A stretch of DNA of 64,000 nt, taken from positions 100,688,001 to 100,752,000 of the forward strand of contig OX597822.1 of the NCBI GenBank assembly GCA_951406725.2, given 5' to 3'. Within the stretch, counting starts at the first letter, position 1, and each line of letters opens with the position of its first letter. Both the position numbers and the translations under genes were made by a program. Below, piece by piece: positions 1-12,704 of the stretch. This DNA is from Octopus vulgaris. Its lineage: Eukaryota. The notes under the pieces are model-generated. The model saw only the letters and a program-made list of their open reading frames with translations, did no database searches and was not told the DNA's origin.

Positions 1-459
1 GCGGTGGGGAGACACATTCGATGGGCACCTTTTCAACTTTATTCTATTATTCTTGTTATTCTATACAACGGCTCTATTTCCAATTATATATATATATATA
101 TATATATATAATCCGGTGGCACGTAAAAAGCACCATCCGATCGTGGCCGTTGCCAGCCTCGCCTGGCCCCTGTGCCGGTGGCACATAAAAAGCACCATCC
201 ATCCGTGGCCGCTTGCCAGCTCCGTCTGGCACCTGTGCAGGTGGCACGTAAAAAGCACCCACTACACTCACGGAGTGGTTGGCATTAGGAAGGGCATCCA
301 GCTGTAGAAACACTGCCAGATCAGACTGGGCCTGATACAGCCTTCTGGCTTCACAGACCTCAGTTGAACCGTCCAACCCATGCTAGCATGGAAAGCGGAC
401 GCTAAATGATGAATTTACTAAAGCCAGAAAAAAAAATCTGTTACTCAGTTTCATGTGAC

Positions 460-497
460 CTGTCCGATGAATGGCCATGTGAAACTCTGAGTAACAG
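460..497 (+). ncRNA. Minimal hammerhead-like motif (CCGAUGA core)
   Basis: CTGT-CCGATGA-ATG gcca TGT-GAAA-CTCTGAG-TA-ACAG; preceded by an inverted copy of its 3' half at 438-456. Confidence 0.6.
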
Positions 498-2994
498 TTT
501 ATGGAGATTTTTTTCCTTTTTTGGCTTTAATAAGTAGTACATTACACTACCTTTGGTATTCGAGTACTATTTTTTCCACCTTGTTTTGCATTTATGTACT
601 TGCTTTCTTATGAATGTGGTCAGCGTCAAATCATGAGGTAGCAAGTTTGATTCCTGGACTGGGTTGTGTCCTTGAGCAAGACACTTTATTTAACATCTCT
701 CCAGTTCACTCAGCTATAGAAATGAGTTGCAATGCAACTGGTGCCAAGCTGTATTGATCAGTTTTTGCTTTTCCCTTGGATAACATCAGTAGCATCAAGA
801 GGAGAGGCTGGTATGCATGGGCAACAGTTGGCCTTCCACAAACAACCATGCCTGGACTTATGCCTGAGAGGGGAACTTTGTAGGTGCAACCCCATGGTCA
901 TTCATGACTGAAGGGGGTCCTATATATATAGGGAGAATTCACACACAAAAAAAACAAAAGATGAAGACAGGTGGTGTAGACAACAAACAGATGTATTAGT
1001 TTAATGCCCAGGAAGTGAAAAAGTCTTTAACGTTCCAAGCCTACACTCCTTTATATATATATGTTTGTGTGTGTGTGTGTGTGTGTGCAATCCCACTGGC
1101 AGCTTTGAACTTTCTTCCATCCAAAAGTTCTTTTTAACCCAGTATTCTTCATGCTGCTACTTAAAGCTTTATCTACTTTGAGTTCCAACATTAAACTAAT
1201 TTACTTCAATTCTTGAAGTTCCTAAATTTTTATAACGTAAACAACAAACAATTCTCACTGGTAAAAACTCAGCTTCTAAATGAATGGAGACAATTCGAAG
1301 TGTTTGCTTTGCTATAATGATTAGAATCTCTGTCAAGTTTACAGAAGATTTGAGTTTACATACCATGGGCAGTTATTGACTTTTATCCCCCATCCAAGGA
1401 TTTTTTAAAAACTCAGTATTCTATACGCCATTATATATAAGACCCCACCACTGAAGAATCACTGTGTTTTCTTCAAAGTTATAACTTATAACCGGCAGGT
1501 ATTCGAAACAAACCGTTCTTCAAACTTTTCTCGTAGTATGGATGAGGTATATAAGGGGAATAACTCATGCAAATTATTTTAAAGTCACCATTGCAATAGT
1601 ATACTTAAGATCGTCAGTACTCTAATCAACGGTATTCCACCTGTAACTAAGTTTTTTTCTCCTCCTCCCCAGATTAAGTGTATCTAAAGCATTATTTAAC
1701 CAGGTCCTTCCTTTCTTTTAAGATGGTGGGGTATGGTCAAGAAGTTTGCTTCCCATTCATGTAGTCTAGGTTTAGACCCAGTCTGGCACTTTTGTCAAGT
1801 GCCTTCTACCATAACATTCATCATCATCATCATCGTTTAACGTCTGCTTTCCATGCTAGCATGGGTTGGACGATTTTGACTGAGGGCTGGCGAACCTGAT
1901 GGCTGCACCAGGCTCCAATCTTGATTTGGCAGAGTTTCTACAGCTGGATGCCCTCCCTTACACCAACCACTCCAGGAGTGTAGTGGGTGCTTTTTATGTG
2001 CCACCGGCACTGGGGCCAGTCAGGCAGTACTGGCAACGACCTCGCTCGAATCTTTTTACATGTGCCACCGGCACAGGTGCCAGTAAGGCGACGTTGGTAA
2101 CGATCACACTCGAATGGTGCCCTTTTATGTGCCACCGGCACGGAAGCTAGTTGGCTGCTCTGGCAACGATCATGCTCGGATGGTGCTCTTGGCACCCTAC
2201 TAGCACGGGCACAAGTGCCAGTAAGGCAATGCTAAACTGAAAAGGTGCCTATTGAATGTGTCTCCCCACCGCCTCTCTCCTTGGTTTGACATCACTTGAT
2301 GGATGTAGATGAATCTGTCATACAGGTTGTGTACTTCATTTCCAGCCTTTCACAAAGTCATGTCTGGTCATAGGAAAATATGACCTTGCTGGAAAACAGG
2401 TAAGGGTTGGCAACAGGAAGGGCATCCGGTTGCAGAAAATTTTGTCCAATTCAAGAAAGTAAGGAAGAGTGAATGTTGAAATGATTATGAGATGTTAGTT
2501 AGTTAGTTAGTTAGTTAATTTGGCTCAAAAGCAAATAGCAAGGCCATGTAGGGGGACATGGAGATGTTCCTGAAATATATTTCTTTACTACCCACAAGGG
2601 GCTAAACACAGAGGGGACAAACAAGGACTGACAAACGGATTAAGTCGATTACATCGACCCCAGTACGTAACTGGTACTTAATTTATCGACCCCGAAAGGA
2701 TGAAAGGCAAAGTCGACCTCGGCGGAATTTGAACCCAGAACGTAACGGCAGACGAAATAAGGCTACGCATTTCGCCCGGCGTGCTAACGTTTCTGCCAGC
2801 TCGCCGCCAATGTTCTTGAAATAGTTTGTTGTTTTTCATTCATGCAAGTCAATTTTGCCAAGAACTTGTTACTCTATACAACAGTTTGGTTTCCAATTAT
2901 TTCACACTGTGTGCAAGATTTGTGTAATATGTAAATAGAAAGGCATGCATTTGTTTGTGTCTGTATTAAAAAAAAAAAAAAAAAAAAAACTTAC

Positions 2995-3135
2995 CAAAGG
3001 CAAATCATTCATATTGTATACGATAACACCTTGGTACTGCTCAGTATTTTCTGTGATTCTGCCAAGACCAGCTTTCATTATGTGGTTTCCATATAAGAAC
3101 TGTTGTTCTGCATTTGGCTTCAACCATATTTTGTA
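2995..3135 (-). CDS. NIP7: NIP7 coding exon 4 (PUA domain part); final exon not found in window
   Basis: TAG acceptor, GTAAG donor, 141 nt; [47 protein letters not shown]. Confidence 0.96.
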
Positions 3136-3424
3136 CTAGAGAGAGAAATTACATTTAAATGGTCAATTATAACACAATATATATATATTTACACACACAT
3201 TTATTTATATACATATATATAATAATAATAATAATAATTATTTGAGGGAATATAACACGTGTTGTTATTCTACCAATTATATACGTTTTTATTATTTTTT
3301 TTTGCAATTTACTTAATCATCGGTATTTTATTATTTTAATTTTAATATTTCTATTATATGTAATTTTCTAGATGGTGTAATTTAATTGTTCATTTTGAAT
3401 TGATAAAAGGTGCTTTTTTTCTAA

Positions 3425-3812
3425 TAGGGGTAGCCATATTGAAATGGCAAATATACGTCACGATGTGTTATCGCTACTGTATATAACTCACTTTGATATT
3501 TATAATTGTTTGATTTCACTTTTTCAATATCAGCGACAGTGGACGCTGGAAAAAGTATAAGTATTTGTGAAGGAAATCTAATTCTCGGCGACAACTATGA
3601 TTGTCACACGCTGACGAGAGGTCAATACCTCAAAACTCGAGTCCGTGTGTATCATAAGTTGAAGACGGGAAGGATGACTTCCCTTTGCAAATACTGACAG
3701 GACACAGAAAGTGTGTCTATGGCCAGCTGGAGGAGTGTGTCCTCCTGGGGCTAAAAACTACAGTAGCATCCACCCTTAGGGGTAGCCATATTGAAATGGC
3801 AAATATACGTCA

Positions 3813-3816
<4 letters not shown>
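3425..3816 (+). mobile_element. Retrozyme-like / Penelope pLTR-like unit: 352-bp monomer with 40-bp terminal direct repeat
   Basis: TAGGGGTAGCCATATTGAAATGGCAAATATACGTCACGAT is identical at 3425-3464 and 3777-3816; central hammerhead motif; followed by (TA)n. Confidence 0.7.
3596..3656 (+). ncRNA. Type-I hammerhead motif with G12A substitution
   Basis: CACACG-CTGACGA-GAGGT caat ACCTC-AAAA-CTCGAG-TC-CGTGTG with outer TATGAT/ATCATA pairing; GAAA replaced by AAAA. Confidence 0.8.
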
Positions 3817-3881
<65 letters not shown>

Positions 3882-3882
3882 A

Positions 3883-4050
3883 CAGTAATCCCTTGACTAT
3901 TGTGGGTGTTACATTCCAAAACTTCCCTCAGAAATAAAATCTAAAAAGATATAAATGCTAACCAGCTGCAGAAACCAGTGATTATAAAATTACACGTATT
4001 AGCCAGAAAAGTCTGCGATAGGTGAACTGCGATATGGCGAGGGATTACTG
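3883..4050. mobile_element. Tigger/pogo-like MITE
   Basis: TIRs CAGTAATCCCT...AGGGATTACTG followed by TA. Confidence 0.65.
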
Positions 4051-4237
4051 TATTCTTTTGTTCTTTTTCTTTTACTTGTTTCAGTCATTTGACTGCAGCC
4101 ATGCTGGAGCACCACCTTTAGTCGAGCAAATTGACCCTAGGACTTTATCAGTCTCTTTTGCCGAACCGCTGAGTTACAGGGACGTAATCACACCAGCATC
4201 AGCTGTCAAGCAATGTTGGGGGGACAAACACAGACAC

Positions 4238-4288
<51 letters not shown>

Positions 4289-4307
4289 TATGTATGTATA
4301 TATATAT

Positions 4308-4860
4308 ACCTAGGTGACTAAGTCAGTAGTGGGGGAAGGTGCGCTGAAAGTGTAGCTGCTAGAATAAGAATAGCCTGGGCAAAGTTCAGTGAGCTCTTAC
4401 CTCTGCTGGTGACAAAGTGCCTCTCGCTCAGAGTAAAAGGTAGACTGTATGACGCACGTATACAAACAACCATGCTACATGACAGTGAAACATGAGCTGT
4501 GACTGCTGGAGACATGCGTAAGCTCACAAGGAATGAAGCCGGTATGCTCCGATGGATGTGTAATGTCAGTGTGCATACTTGACAGGAAAGTTTGACCTAA
4601 GAAGCATGAGATGTGGTGTGCAAGAGAAACGACTGCACTGGTATGGCCATGTGGTAAGAATGGATGAAGATAGCTGTGTGGAAAAGTGCCACACCTTAGC
4701 AGTTGAGGGAACCTGTATAAGAGGTAGAGCCAGGAAGACCTGGGATGAGGTGGTGAAGCATGACCTTCGAACATTAGGCCTCATGGAGGCAATGACTAGT
4801 AACTGGGACCTTTGGAAATATGCTGTGCTTGAGAAAACCTGGCAAGCCAAGTGAGACCAT
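4308..4860 (+). mobile_element. RTE-clade LINE 3' fragment
   Basis: YLGD...ARIRIAWAKFSELLPLL...KGRLY...RNEAGMLRWMC and RLHWYGHVVRM...RGRARKTW, the C-terminal part of an RTE ORF; stops present. Confidence 0.85.
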
Positions 4861-5081
4861 AACCTCGTGGCCTATGCCAGGGGTGTAACCAGCCCACTTA
4901 TGCGTACATATAACTTATTTTTATTGATCCCTGGATTGCTGAATACAAAAGACTTCCAGGAAATTTTAAATTCAGAATGTAAAAATAGAATGCAATACAT
5001 AGTACAAGTGCTCTGTCAATCTGGACATCTACCTTCTATATTTTTTTTATTTTAAAGATAATAAGGGAACAATGTACAAAC

Positions 5082-5220
5082 CTTAGCGTAAGGAGCAAGA
5101 AAATCCAATGCAGTGACATGAAGCCGAAATTTGCGAGTTTTGGTGAACTTGCCAAAACAGGTGCCAAAACTTCTTAAGTTCTCTCTGGAAACATGACAAG
5201 CCTTTTTCATTAAACTTTCT
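5082..5220 (-). CDS. NIP7: NIP7 coding exon 3
   Basis: TTTTTCAG acceptor, GT donor, 139 nt; [46 protein letters not shown] contains the [10 protein letters not shown] motif of NIP7. Confidence 0.96.
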
Positions 5221-7575
5221 CTGAAAAACCACAAAAAAAAAAAAACATTCAAGTTTGAAAATAAAATGGCACAGATGCACTGAGCAGAAACTGACATAGA
5301 ATCCCTTAACTGTTAACAGTTCTTAAAGGGGTACATGCACTGTAAGAATTGATATACTCCACTTAAGTAATTCAATATCACCATAGTTATTTTACTCAAT
5401 AGGAATGTCTCTACATACAAGTTTGATTCCCTGCTCCTGGGTATTACCGGGTACCTCAGCTAGTTTTATATAAAATTATTCAATCATATTGGGCATCAAC
5501 ACTCAGCAGTGAGTGACTATATTTCATCAAGAAATAGTTCTCTGAGCAGCAAAGAGACATTTACCTTGTCTCATCTGTAAGACCAAATTACTAACAGCTA
5601 AAATTTACTGATCAGTTTAGCAATGAGTTTTCTTCATAAGATCTGAATACACACTCAATCTGTGTGTATATTTTTTTCACAGCTTAACCCATGTTATCAA
5701 TATTTTCTTTGTGTACACTAACTTCCTCAGTCTCCATCAAATTTATTAAACTTTTAAATGATTACCATGCACATGACAATTTATTATTAGTTGGCAGACA
5801 TCACACATCAGTAAATAATTTGCATGCTGAATCCTATAAACAAGAACCAAAACTCTGGTTAGATTTATTGGTCTGGGGGTAGCTTTGGCTAAGAAGATAT
5901 GCAACAAGGTCAAAACACTGGAATCCCAAAGTCCCTTACCCACACTGAATTAAGTGTGTTATGAACAGTAAGTATATAGATATGGGTATAAAGAGATAGA
6001 TAGATGTGAATGTCTTCCTGAGGCTAAAAACAACAGTAACACCATCTTCTATAGGACTGCAACATTTAGTTGACAAATATATTTTATGAATAAACAGATA
6101 GGGATAAATAGATAAACAAATAAATGGATGAAAAAGTTCAAAATTTAAAATTGGGGGAGGGGTGAGATTTGGGTCCCTCATTAAACTTTATAATGTTAAT
6201 ACTTGTTTCTCAAAATGATGTACATTTAATTTACATTAAATTATTATTTACGATTATTTAAGGCAAACACAAGTAAAACGTAAATTCTTTTCATTTTAAT
6301 GCTTTTGTCTGTATTTAATTTTGATTTGCATATGTTCGTCAATAAGCTACAATTTCTTTAAAGTAAATAAAATTTTTAAAATGTTAACGGGGGAGAGGGG
6401 TGAATTAAACAAATTTTTTTTGCATATTTCTAATCTCTGACATCTAAAACGTAGGAATCCGAAAAAACTTTTTAAAAAAAAAATGCTTTTTTCAAGGAGA
6501 GGTGCGAAACTGCACTAGCCCCGTTTGTTCCATTGTTTGTCCTTACTTCCATTTTCCGAAGCAAGTATGGATCAAACAAATATACTACCAAGGTATTGTT
6601 TCACAACCAGATGCCCTTCCTGTCATTAACCCTTACCTATTTTTCAAGAAAGGGATCTTTTATTTCATTCACCTTCGAAGGCAATGAGCAAATGATTCCT
6701 TGACATAAGTGGCAACATTACTTTCAAACAGCATGAATGTAAATACACATGCACACATCAGCATTTAGATGTCCTTGTTCCATGCTGGCATTGTGCTCCA
6801 CTGTCTTCTTTGGGTCGGATGCCTTTTCTAACGCTAACCACTTTACAATATGTACTGGATGCTTTTTTTTTTTTTTTTTTTGCAAGCCACAAGCACTAGT
6901 GAGGATACTATGCACTTGCCAGATTATGACCCCTATGAGTAGAAGCTTTGTTAGGGGATGAGGAGTTTATATATCATCATCATCATCGTTTAACATCCAC
7001 TTTCCATGCTGGCATGGGTTGGACGATTTGACTGAGGACTAGTGAACCGGATGGCTGCACCAGGCCCCAATCTTGATCTGGCAGAGTTTCTACAGCTGGA
7101 TGCCCTTCCTAACGCTAACCACTCCGAGAGTGTAGTGGGTGCTACAGTTAGGCGGTACTGGCAACAGCCACGCTCAAATGGTGCTTTTTATGTGCCACCT
7201 GCACAGGAGCCAGTCCAGCGGCACTGGCAACGACCTCGCTCGAATGTTTTTTCACGTGCCACCAGCACAAGTGTTAGTAAGGTGACGCAGGTAACGATCA
7301 CACTCAAATGGTGTTTTTAACGTGCCATCAGCACAAAGGCCAGCTTGTTGCTCTGGCAACGATCTCACTCGTATGGTACTCTTAGCGCTCCACTAGCAAC
7401 AGATGCCAAAACAGACTTCTTTCATTTCCATCTTCCAAATTATTCTCAAAGCTTTAGTCAGCTGCCAAATGCAAGAACTATTTTCATCACTCTAATCCAA
7501 CCTACCCGTCACCCTTCAATTATTCTCAACTCATGCCAGCATAGAACAAGGACATTAATGATGATGATGATGGTG

Positions 7576-7627
<52 letters not shown>

Positions 7628-7713
7628 GAAATTTACAGGAAAACAAAAGATGAAGACAGGAATATGAACAACAAGCAGGTGTATTAGTTTGACACTCAGG
7701 AAAGTGAGAAAGT

Positions 7714-7749
7714 CTTTTACGTTTCGAGCCTATGCTCTTCAACAGAAAG
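7714..7749 (-). ncRNA. Minimal hammerhead-like motif (CUGUUGA core variant)
   Basis: CTTT-CTGTTGA-A-GAGC atag GCTC-GAAACGTA-AAAG; related copies at 51607-51644 and, degenerate, near 1023-1053. Confidence 0.55.
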
Positions 7750-7805
7750 GAAAGAGAAAAATAAACAGAAAGAGAATATATAGACAAATAACAAAACAGC
7801 CTTAC

Positions 7806-7892
7806 TTGCAGTAATAAATCCTTTCCTTATGTAAACGGAAACAATACTTTCCATCAGTTCTTTCCAACAGTTGTGAAATGTTATCTCCAATA
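7806..7892 (-). CDS. NIP7: NIP7 coding exon 2
   Basis: TTTTCAG acceptor, GTAAG donor, 87 nt; reads IGDNISQLLERTDGKYCFRLHKERIYYC(K); phase consistent with exons 1 and 3. Confidence 0.95.
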
Positions 7893-9301
7893 CTGAAAAT
7901 AGAAAATTTTGAAATAGATTTAATTATATGAAACTAATTAACATAGAAAGAAGAATGGGAACGAACCACTCGAACCATTCGTTGATATGTGGAACCACTC
8001 CGTCGGTTACGACGACGAGGGTTCCGGTTGATCACTCCACAGACACGTGTACCCTTAACGTAGTTCTCGGGGATATTCGGATATTCAGCATGACACAGAG
8101 AGTGACAAGGCCGGCCCTTTGAAGTACAGGTACAACAGAAACAGGAAGTAAGAGTGAGAGAAAGTTGTGGTGAAAGAGTACAGCAGGGATCACCACCATC
8201 CCCTGCTGGAGCCTCGTGGAGCTTTTAGGTGTTTTCGCTCAATAAACACTCACAACGCCCGGTCTGGGAATCGAAACCACGATCCCGCTGCCCTAACCAC
8301 TGGGCCATTGCGCCTCCACCATTCGTTGATATACGCAATGATTGAGTTCCTGTGTTCTGGAAGTTGACTAGAACATGCTGTTCCTATTCAAGGAAATGTT
8401 TGAGGTTCGTATTCTTGAAGACCACAAGGCAGAAGGAATCCCCATATGTAGAGACACAAATTCGCAAAACTTTTCGGAAAATAAGTTATGAGAAGTAATA
8501 TGGGGTGCTTAAACCAGAATTCCACCAGGAAGTCAAAACTCTGCAAAAAATTCTAAAGTATAGAGTTTTATTGTCAATAAAATATAGTATAAAACACTAA
8601 TTAAGTCAGTTTAATTAGTCTTAGTAATCAGACTCTTTTACTTGTTTCAGTTATTTGACTGTGGCCATGCTGGAGCACCGCCTTTAGTCGAGCAAATCGA
8701 CCCCAGGACCTATTCTTTGTAGGCCTAGTACTTATTCCATCGGTCTCTTTTGCCGAACCGCTAAGTTACGGGGACGTAAACACACCAGCATCGGTTGTCA
8801 AGCGATGTTGGGGGCACAAACACAGACACACATACATATATATATAAATATATACGACGGGCTTCATTCAGTTTCCGTCTACCAAATTCACTCACAGGGC
8901 TTTGGTCGGCCCGAGGCTATAGTAGAAAACACTTGCCCAAGGTGTCACGCAGTGGGACTGAACCCGGAACCATGTGGTTGGTAAGCAAGCTACTTACCAC
9001 ATAACCACTCCCACGCCTTCATTGACCCAAAACGTATTACTTACACTACCTTACATGAGTGGGATCGCCCAATATCTACAAAGTACTAAGGTGCGCTGTT
9101 TTATATCGATAAAATATGCCACAAAATAGTAATTAACTCACTTTAATTGAACTCTACATAATTTCCTATTTGATGTTCGTAAAATCGAATCTATTTTAGT
9201 TTCGATCTCAATTCAACTCGGTTAGCATGTCTCTTGGACACCTGGCTGCTCCTCGTTTTGTTGTGAATCCCACTTTCCCTCGAAAGAATGCCTCCCAAAG
9301 A

Positions 9302-9521
9302 AATAATAATAATAATAGTGAAATTATTGTATACAGTGCTCAGGTACACCACAACTTGTCAGAAAGTGCGTATAAATTATATGCAGTAATGTACAAATGT
9401 CTGGAAAGCGAACAATGTATGAATCAGATACATGCTTGTGTGTGTATGGAGGGGAGAAAATCAGGTGTAGTGTTGGCGAATCTCAGGAAGCATGGAAGTT
9501 TTGAAGGATGCAGTGCTCCGA
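9302..9521 (-). mobile_element. 3' tail of the same CR1-like family
   Basis: Reverse complement resembles 19560-19700 (ACTGCATCCTT...CTACACCTGAT...CCTGAGCACTGTA...ATT repeats). Confidence 0.7.
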
Positions 9522-10044
9522 CTTACAGATCAGCAGATAATTAATGAAAAGCATACAATTACGACACTGGCTCAGTGTTTGTCAGATTCAGCGATTTGTA
9601 TTGGTGCGCCAGCCGTGGATTGTTGAAGAATTCTCACATGTGACCCATAGCGACACTCTATTCAAAATAAGACTAACATCTGCCCTCACTTTTTACTCAC
9701 TATTCGTAGTGTGTACCACTTAAAATTATGAAACGTTTTATTGAAATAAAACTTTTTGGATCACTATGATTTTTACGAACGCCAAATAGGAAATTACCAA
9801 ACTTAATGATTACTTGGGTAAAATAATTATTTCTAAATTCAATGAAGGTAACATTTTATTGATTCCTTTGGTATTACACCGGGGGTCATAAGCACACTCT
9901 TCGTAGTTATATTTAGAATATAACCACACAAATATCTAATATACAAATGCCAGTTAATTTTATGATTTTCTTAAAAACTCAATGGACAAATATATATATA
10001 TACATGGCAATCTTTCGTTTTGACTCAAAGGCATATGCCATTTC

Positions 10045-10080
<36 letters not shown>

Positions 10081-10290
10081 CTTTATTTAAAAGCAGCAGA
10101 AATATGACAAAAGCTGTTACTCAGAGTTTCACGTTTCCGTTCGTCGGACAGTTTTGTTAACAAGGAACGTGAAACTCTGAGTAACAGCTTTTGTCATATT
10201 TCTACTGCTTTTAAATAAAGCATTTTACTCTACCCCTGGTATTTGAGTACTCTTTTTCCACCTTGTTTCACATTTATGTGCTTACTCCGG
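10081..10290. mobile_element. Penelope pLTR-like fold-back element: ~57-bp inverted repeat containing a hammerhead-like motif (10114-10151, minus strand)
   Basis: Arms 10081-10138 and 10164-10220 are near-perfect reverse complements; minus strand CTGT-CCGACGA-ACG gaaa CGT-GAAA-CTCTGAG-TA-ACAG; same family as 415-600; flanked by (TA)n. Confidence 0.7.
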
Positions 10291-10413
10291 TATATATATA
10301 TATAAATGTAGGTACTTGGTAAACAATATTCGATAAATACTTAGGAAACAAGATAAGGAGGCAAATATCTATGACTTGACAATAATGTGGTAACGTAGAA
10401 TATATTTACTTAC

Positions 10414-10469
10414 TATTTAGTTAATTTTTCAAAAAATAATTTACATTCATCGTCCGTGAGGGGCCTCAT
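10414..10469 (-). CDS. NIP7: NIP7 (60S ribosome biogenesis protein) coding exon 1
   Basis: ATG at 10469-10467 reads MRPLTDDECKLFFEKLTK(Y), matching the NIP7 N-terminus MRPLTEEE...FEK..KY; ends at a GTAAGT donor; 56 nt. Confidence 0.95.
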
Positions 10470-10530
10470 CTTTACGAAGGATTCTTGTGAGAGACGAAAA
10501 CACGTGGAGGAATTAGGACTCTCTCTCTCA

Positions 10531-10563
10531 CCAATGCGCCTGCGTGTTTCAATGACTTCCGGT
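10531..10563 (-). promoter_or_regulatory. Candidate NIP7 core promoter motifs: ETS/GABP-type CCGGAAGT and NRF1-like TGCGCCTGCG
   Basis: ACTTCCGG at 10555-10562 and TGCGCCTGCG at 10535-10544, 65-95 bp upstream of the ATG; typical of housekeeping promoters; function inferred. Confidence 0.5.
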
Positions 10564-11179
10564 TGTAAAACTAAATTCTCTCAGAATTGTTACATAAAAT
10601 GTTCTTAATTATTGGAGGACGACGGTTCTTAGATTAAAAAATAATAATAATAAAATAAAATAAAATAAAAACCTCTTCTTGAAAAACACAGCCCCCCTTC
10701 TCTTTATTATTGGTAAAACCAAATAGAGTTCGCATTCATTTAATTCTTCTATGGTATTGGACAAGTTATAAAAGCTGGAAGTACAACTATAAATTTTTTT
10801 CTCCATTCTTTCTGTCATCCTCTCTGCTATGAGAAATACAGGTGAAGCCAGCCCGAGCTGCTAGAAATGGCAACAAAATCTTCCTCAAACCACACCATAT
10901 CGTCGCCTTTGAAAAAAAGGCAGAACAATAATACAATGTTATAAGTAGGGGGAGAAAGGCGGGATGGTTATTGCTGGAACGCCTTTCATCATTGGTCTTG
11001 TAGATCTGGACTGACCTTGTGGGTTCTACAACAAAAAATCCTGCTTATTTTTAATAAGAGTATGAATGCTCCAACATCACACGGGGTTTTAGATAATGGA
11101 CACTACTTGGAATTTTGTTCTTATTCTCATTTATATATTAATGGAAATACTAGTTTGTAATAAAAAGTAATACATTTTT

Positions 11180-11443
11180 GGCGATCTTTCGTCTCTAGTA
11201 GACCTTTCCGTCGATTACACAACATACTGTCTGTCTCCCACACCCCATCAAACACACACACACACATGTACATCAATGCTTGCCATGCACGGTAACTTCA
11301 AAAGAACTTCCCTCGTCATACAATCGTTTTCTCTTAGTCTCTTTCGCTCTCATTACTTCAAAAGTTCCCGCAAGCCCATATGTAAAAAAAAAAAGTTTTT
11401 TACGGAAATCGACGGAAAGGTCTACTAGAAACGAAAGATTGCC
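11180..11443. mobile_element. MITE with ~37-bp TIRs and 8-bp TSD (Merlin-like)
   Basis: GGCGATCTTTCGTCTCTAGTAGACCTTTCCGTCGATT ... AATCGACGGAAAGGTCTACTAGAAACGAAAGATTGCC; flanks ACATTTTT / AAATTTTT. Confidence 0.75.
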
Positions 11444-12342
11444 AAATTTTTAAGTCGTTATTTGTGTTAATAATTCATGAAATTATGGGCAGTAGTTTCA
11501 TAGAAACGGTGTAATGTTGTACAGAATGCCTTGTGGTATTTAGTTCCGACTCTGCGTACTACATCGCATCATTCGGTCAGCTTTGCCTTTTATCCTTTTA
11601 GGGTCGATAAAATGAATAGACGATCTACTTTAGAAGTCATTATATCACTTCTATAATACATTATCGGTACCTGTTTGAAATAAACAAACGTTTTAAAATT
11701 CAGAGAATGCAAGGGAAATAACTCGATATTTTCTTTTGAAAGATCCACTATTCCGTAGTAATCATTTAAATTTTACTACTTCCGTGGCTGAATGGTAAGA
11801 AATCTGCTTCCCAATCACATGATTCCGGGTTCAGTCTCAATGCGTAGCACTTTGGGCAGGTGTCTTCTACTATAGCTTTGGGTTAACCAAATCCTTGTAA
11901 GTGGATTTGGTTGACGGAAACTAAAAAGAAGCCCGTCGTGTGTGTGTGTGTATATATATGTCCTTTAAGTTAGTTTACAGGAAACGTTTCTGGATATGCA
12001 TATAAACACTCCTATTTTATTATGTCGGCTACGGCCTAATGATACCAACTCGCAACACCAGTTTTATGGGGGTTGTCTATTATTAGATATCTTAATGCAT
12101 CGTTACGAGTGATTCCACAAATCACATGTTTCTTGCGATCATAGTCCGTAATCCTGGGATGATTATACCACAATCCATAATATCCATGGATACAGGGTGG
12201 ATCTTTTCTTGCGTTCTTTTCTTCAAGCGATATCACGTAGTATGTGGAAACGCGCGTTGCGATGCATTGAAACATTCTTAAATCCCATCCATGGATTATT
12301 ATTATTACTACTATTATTCTCCAGATTTGTTTTTCTAAAAAC

Positions 12343-12400
<58 letters not shown>

Positions 12401-12500
12401 AGACCAAAGTGTACGTACGCCGCTACATGTCCAATAATACTAGATTTGTTCCACGTACTCGCGTTGTTGTGTTTTTTTGTTCTTTCGTGTTTGGATTAAC

Positions 12501-12505
12501 TATAC

Positions 12506-12601
<96 letters not shown>

Positions 12602-12624
12602 ATATATATATATATATATATAAA

Positions 12625-12704
<80 letters not shown>

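Noticed and set aside
112-260. Regularly spaced GTGGCACGTAAAAAGCACC repeats resembling a CRISPR array
   Set aside because: Spacers are homologous to each other, context is a eukaryotic retroposon, and there are no cas genes
1899-2195. Recurring peptide DLAEFLQLDALPNANHS in many ORFs
   Set aside because: Chance open frame on the antisense of the family D tail; frames break differently in each copy
5456-5531. C/D snoRNA-like boxes on minus strand in NIP7 intron 2
   Set aside because: C box lacks the leading purine, terminal stem is weak and no rRNA-complementary guide was recognised
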